This document shows positions 63,712 to 64,000 of a stretch of 64,000 nt of DNA, piece after piece. Source of the stretch: Glaucostegus cemiculus. Taxonomy: Eukaryota. The stretch covers positions 930,001-994,000 of the forward strand of contig CDPCPM010000231.1 of assembly GCA_976551045.1 (NCBI GenBank), read 5' to 3'. The position numbers and the translations under genes are program-made. The notes under the pieces are model-generated. The model saw only the letters and a list, made by a program, of their open reading frames with translations, searched no databases and had not been told where the DNA came from. How positions within the stretch are numbered: the first letter of the stretch is position 1; the number at the start of each line of letters is the position of its first letter.

Positions 63712-64000
63712 GGCAGGCATGGTAGTGTAGCGGTTAGCGTAATGTCATTATAGCTGCGGTGACCCAGGTTCAATTCTGGATACTGTCTGTAAGGAGTTTG
63801 TACTTGCTCCCAGTGACTGCATAGGTTTCCTCCATGTGCTCCGGTTTCCTCCCACATTCCAAAGACCTACAGGTTAGGAAGTTGTGGGCATGCTATGTTG
63901 GCGCTGGAAGCGTGGCGACACTTGCGGGCTATCCCCAGAACACTCTACGCAAAAGATGCATTTCGCTGTGTGTTTCGATGCACATGAGACTAATAAAGAT
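63712..64000 (+). mobile_element. SINE (same family as 52387)
   Basis: Near-identical head, body and gactaataaagat tail. Confidence 0.9.

Overview
Eukaryotic, AT-rich, repeat-dense genomic DNA. The CR1 LINE, V-SINE and Penelope-like repeat content suggests a cartilaginous fish (inference). The window holds a compact Bcl-2-family cluster. (1) The last coding exon of BCL2L13/BCL-RAMBO (+, 8261-9103). (2) A complete BID gene (-, 4 coding exons, about 192 aa) with an IQTD|G caspase-8 site. Unlike human BID, it ends in an intact BH2-type 'YIQYLGGW'. (3) A complete BCL2L14/BCL-G-like gene (+, 5 coding exons, about 316 aa) with a BID-like LEVD|A site upstream of its BH3, and an ISRE in intron 1. (4) A probable decayed, apparently intronless BCL-G-like paralog (-, about 37.7-38.46 kb) that the ORF track misses, with an orphan NF-kB-rich CpG island about 4 kb upstream of it. 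BID and BCL2L14 share the same exon-phase architecture, and all three intact genes appear to carry the intron right after the BH2 GGW, which points to an ancient tandem-duplication cluster. The rest is mostly CR1, Penelope-like (with hammerhead-like cores), SINE, Rex-Babar, Tx1/L1, RTE and Harbinger remnants. Exon boundaries were read by eye from splice signals and reading frame, repeat boundaries are approximate, and homolog comparisons are from memory rather than database searches.
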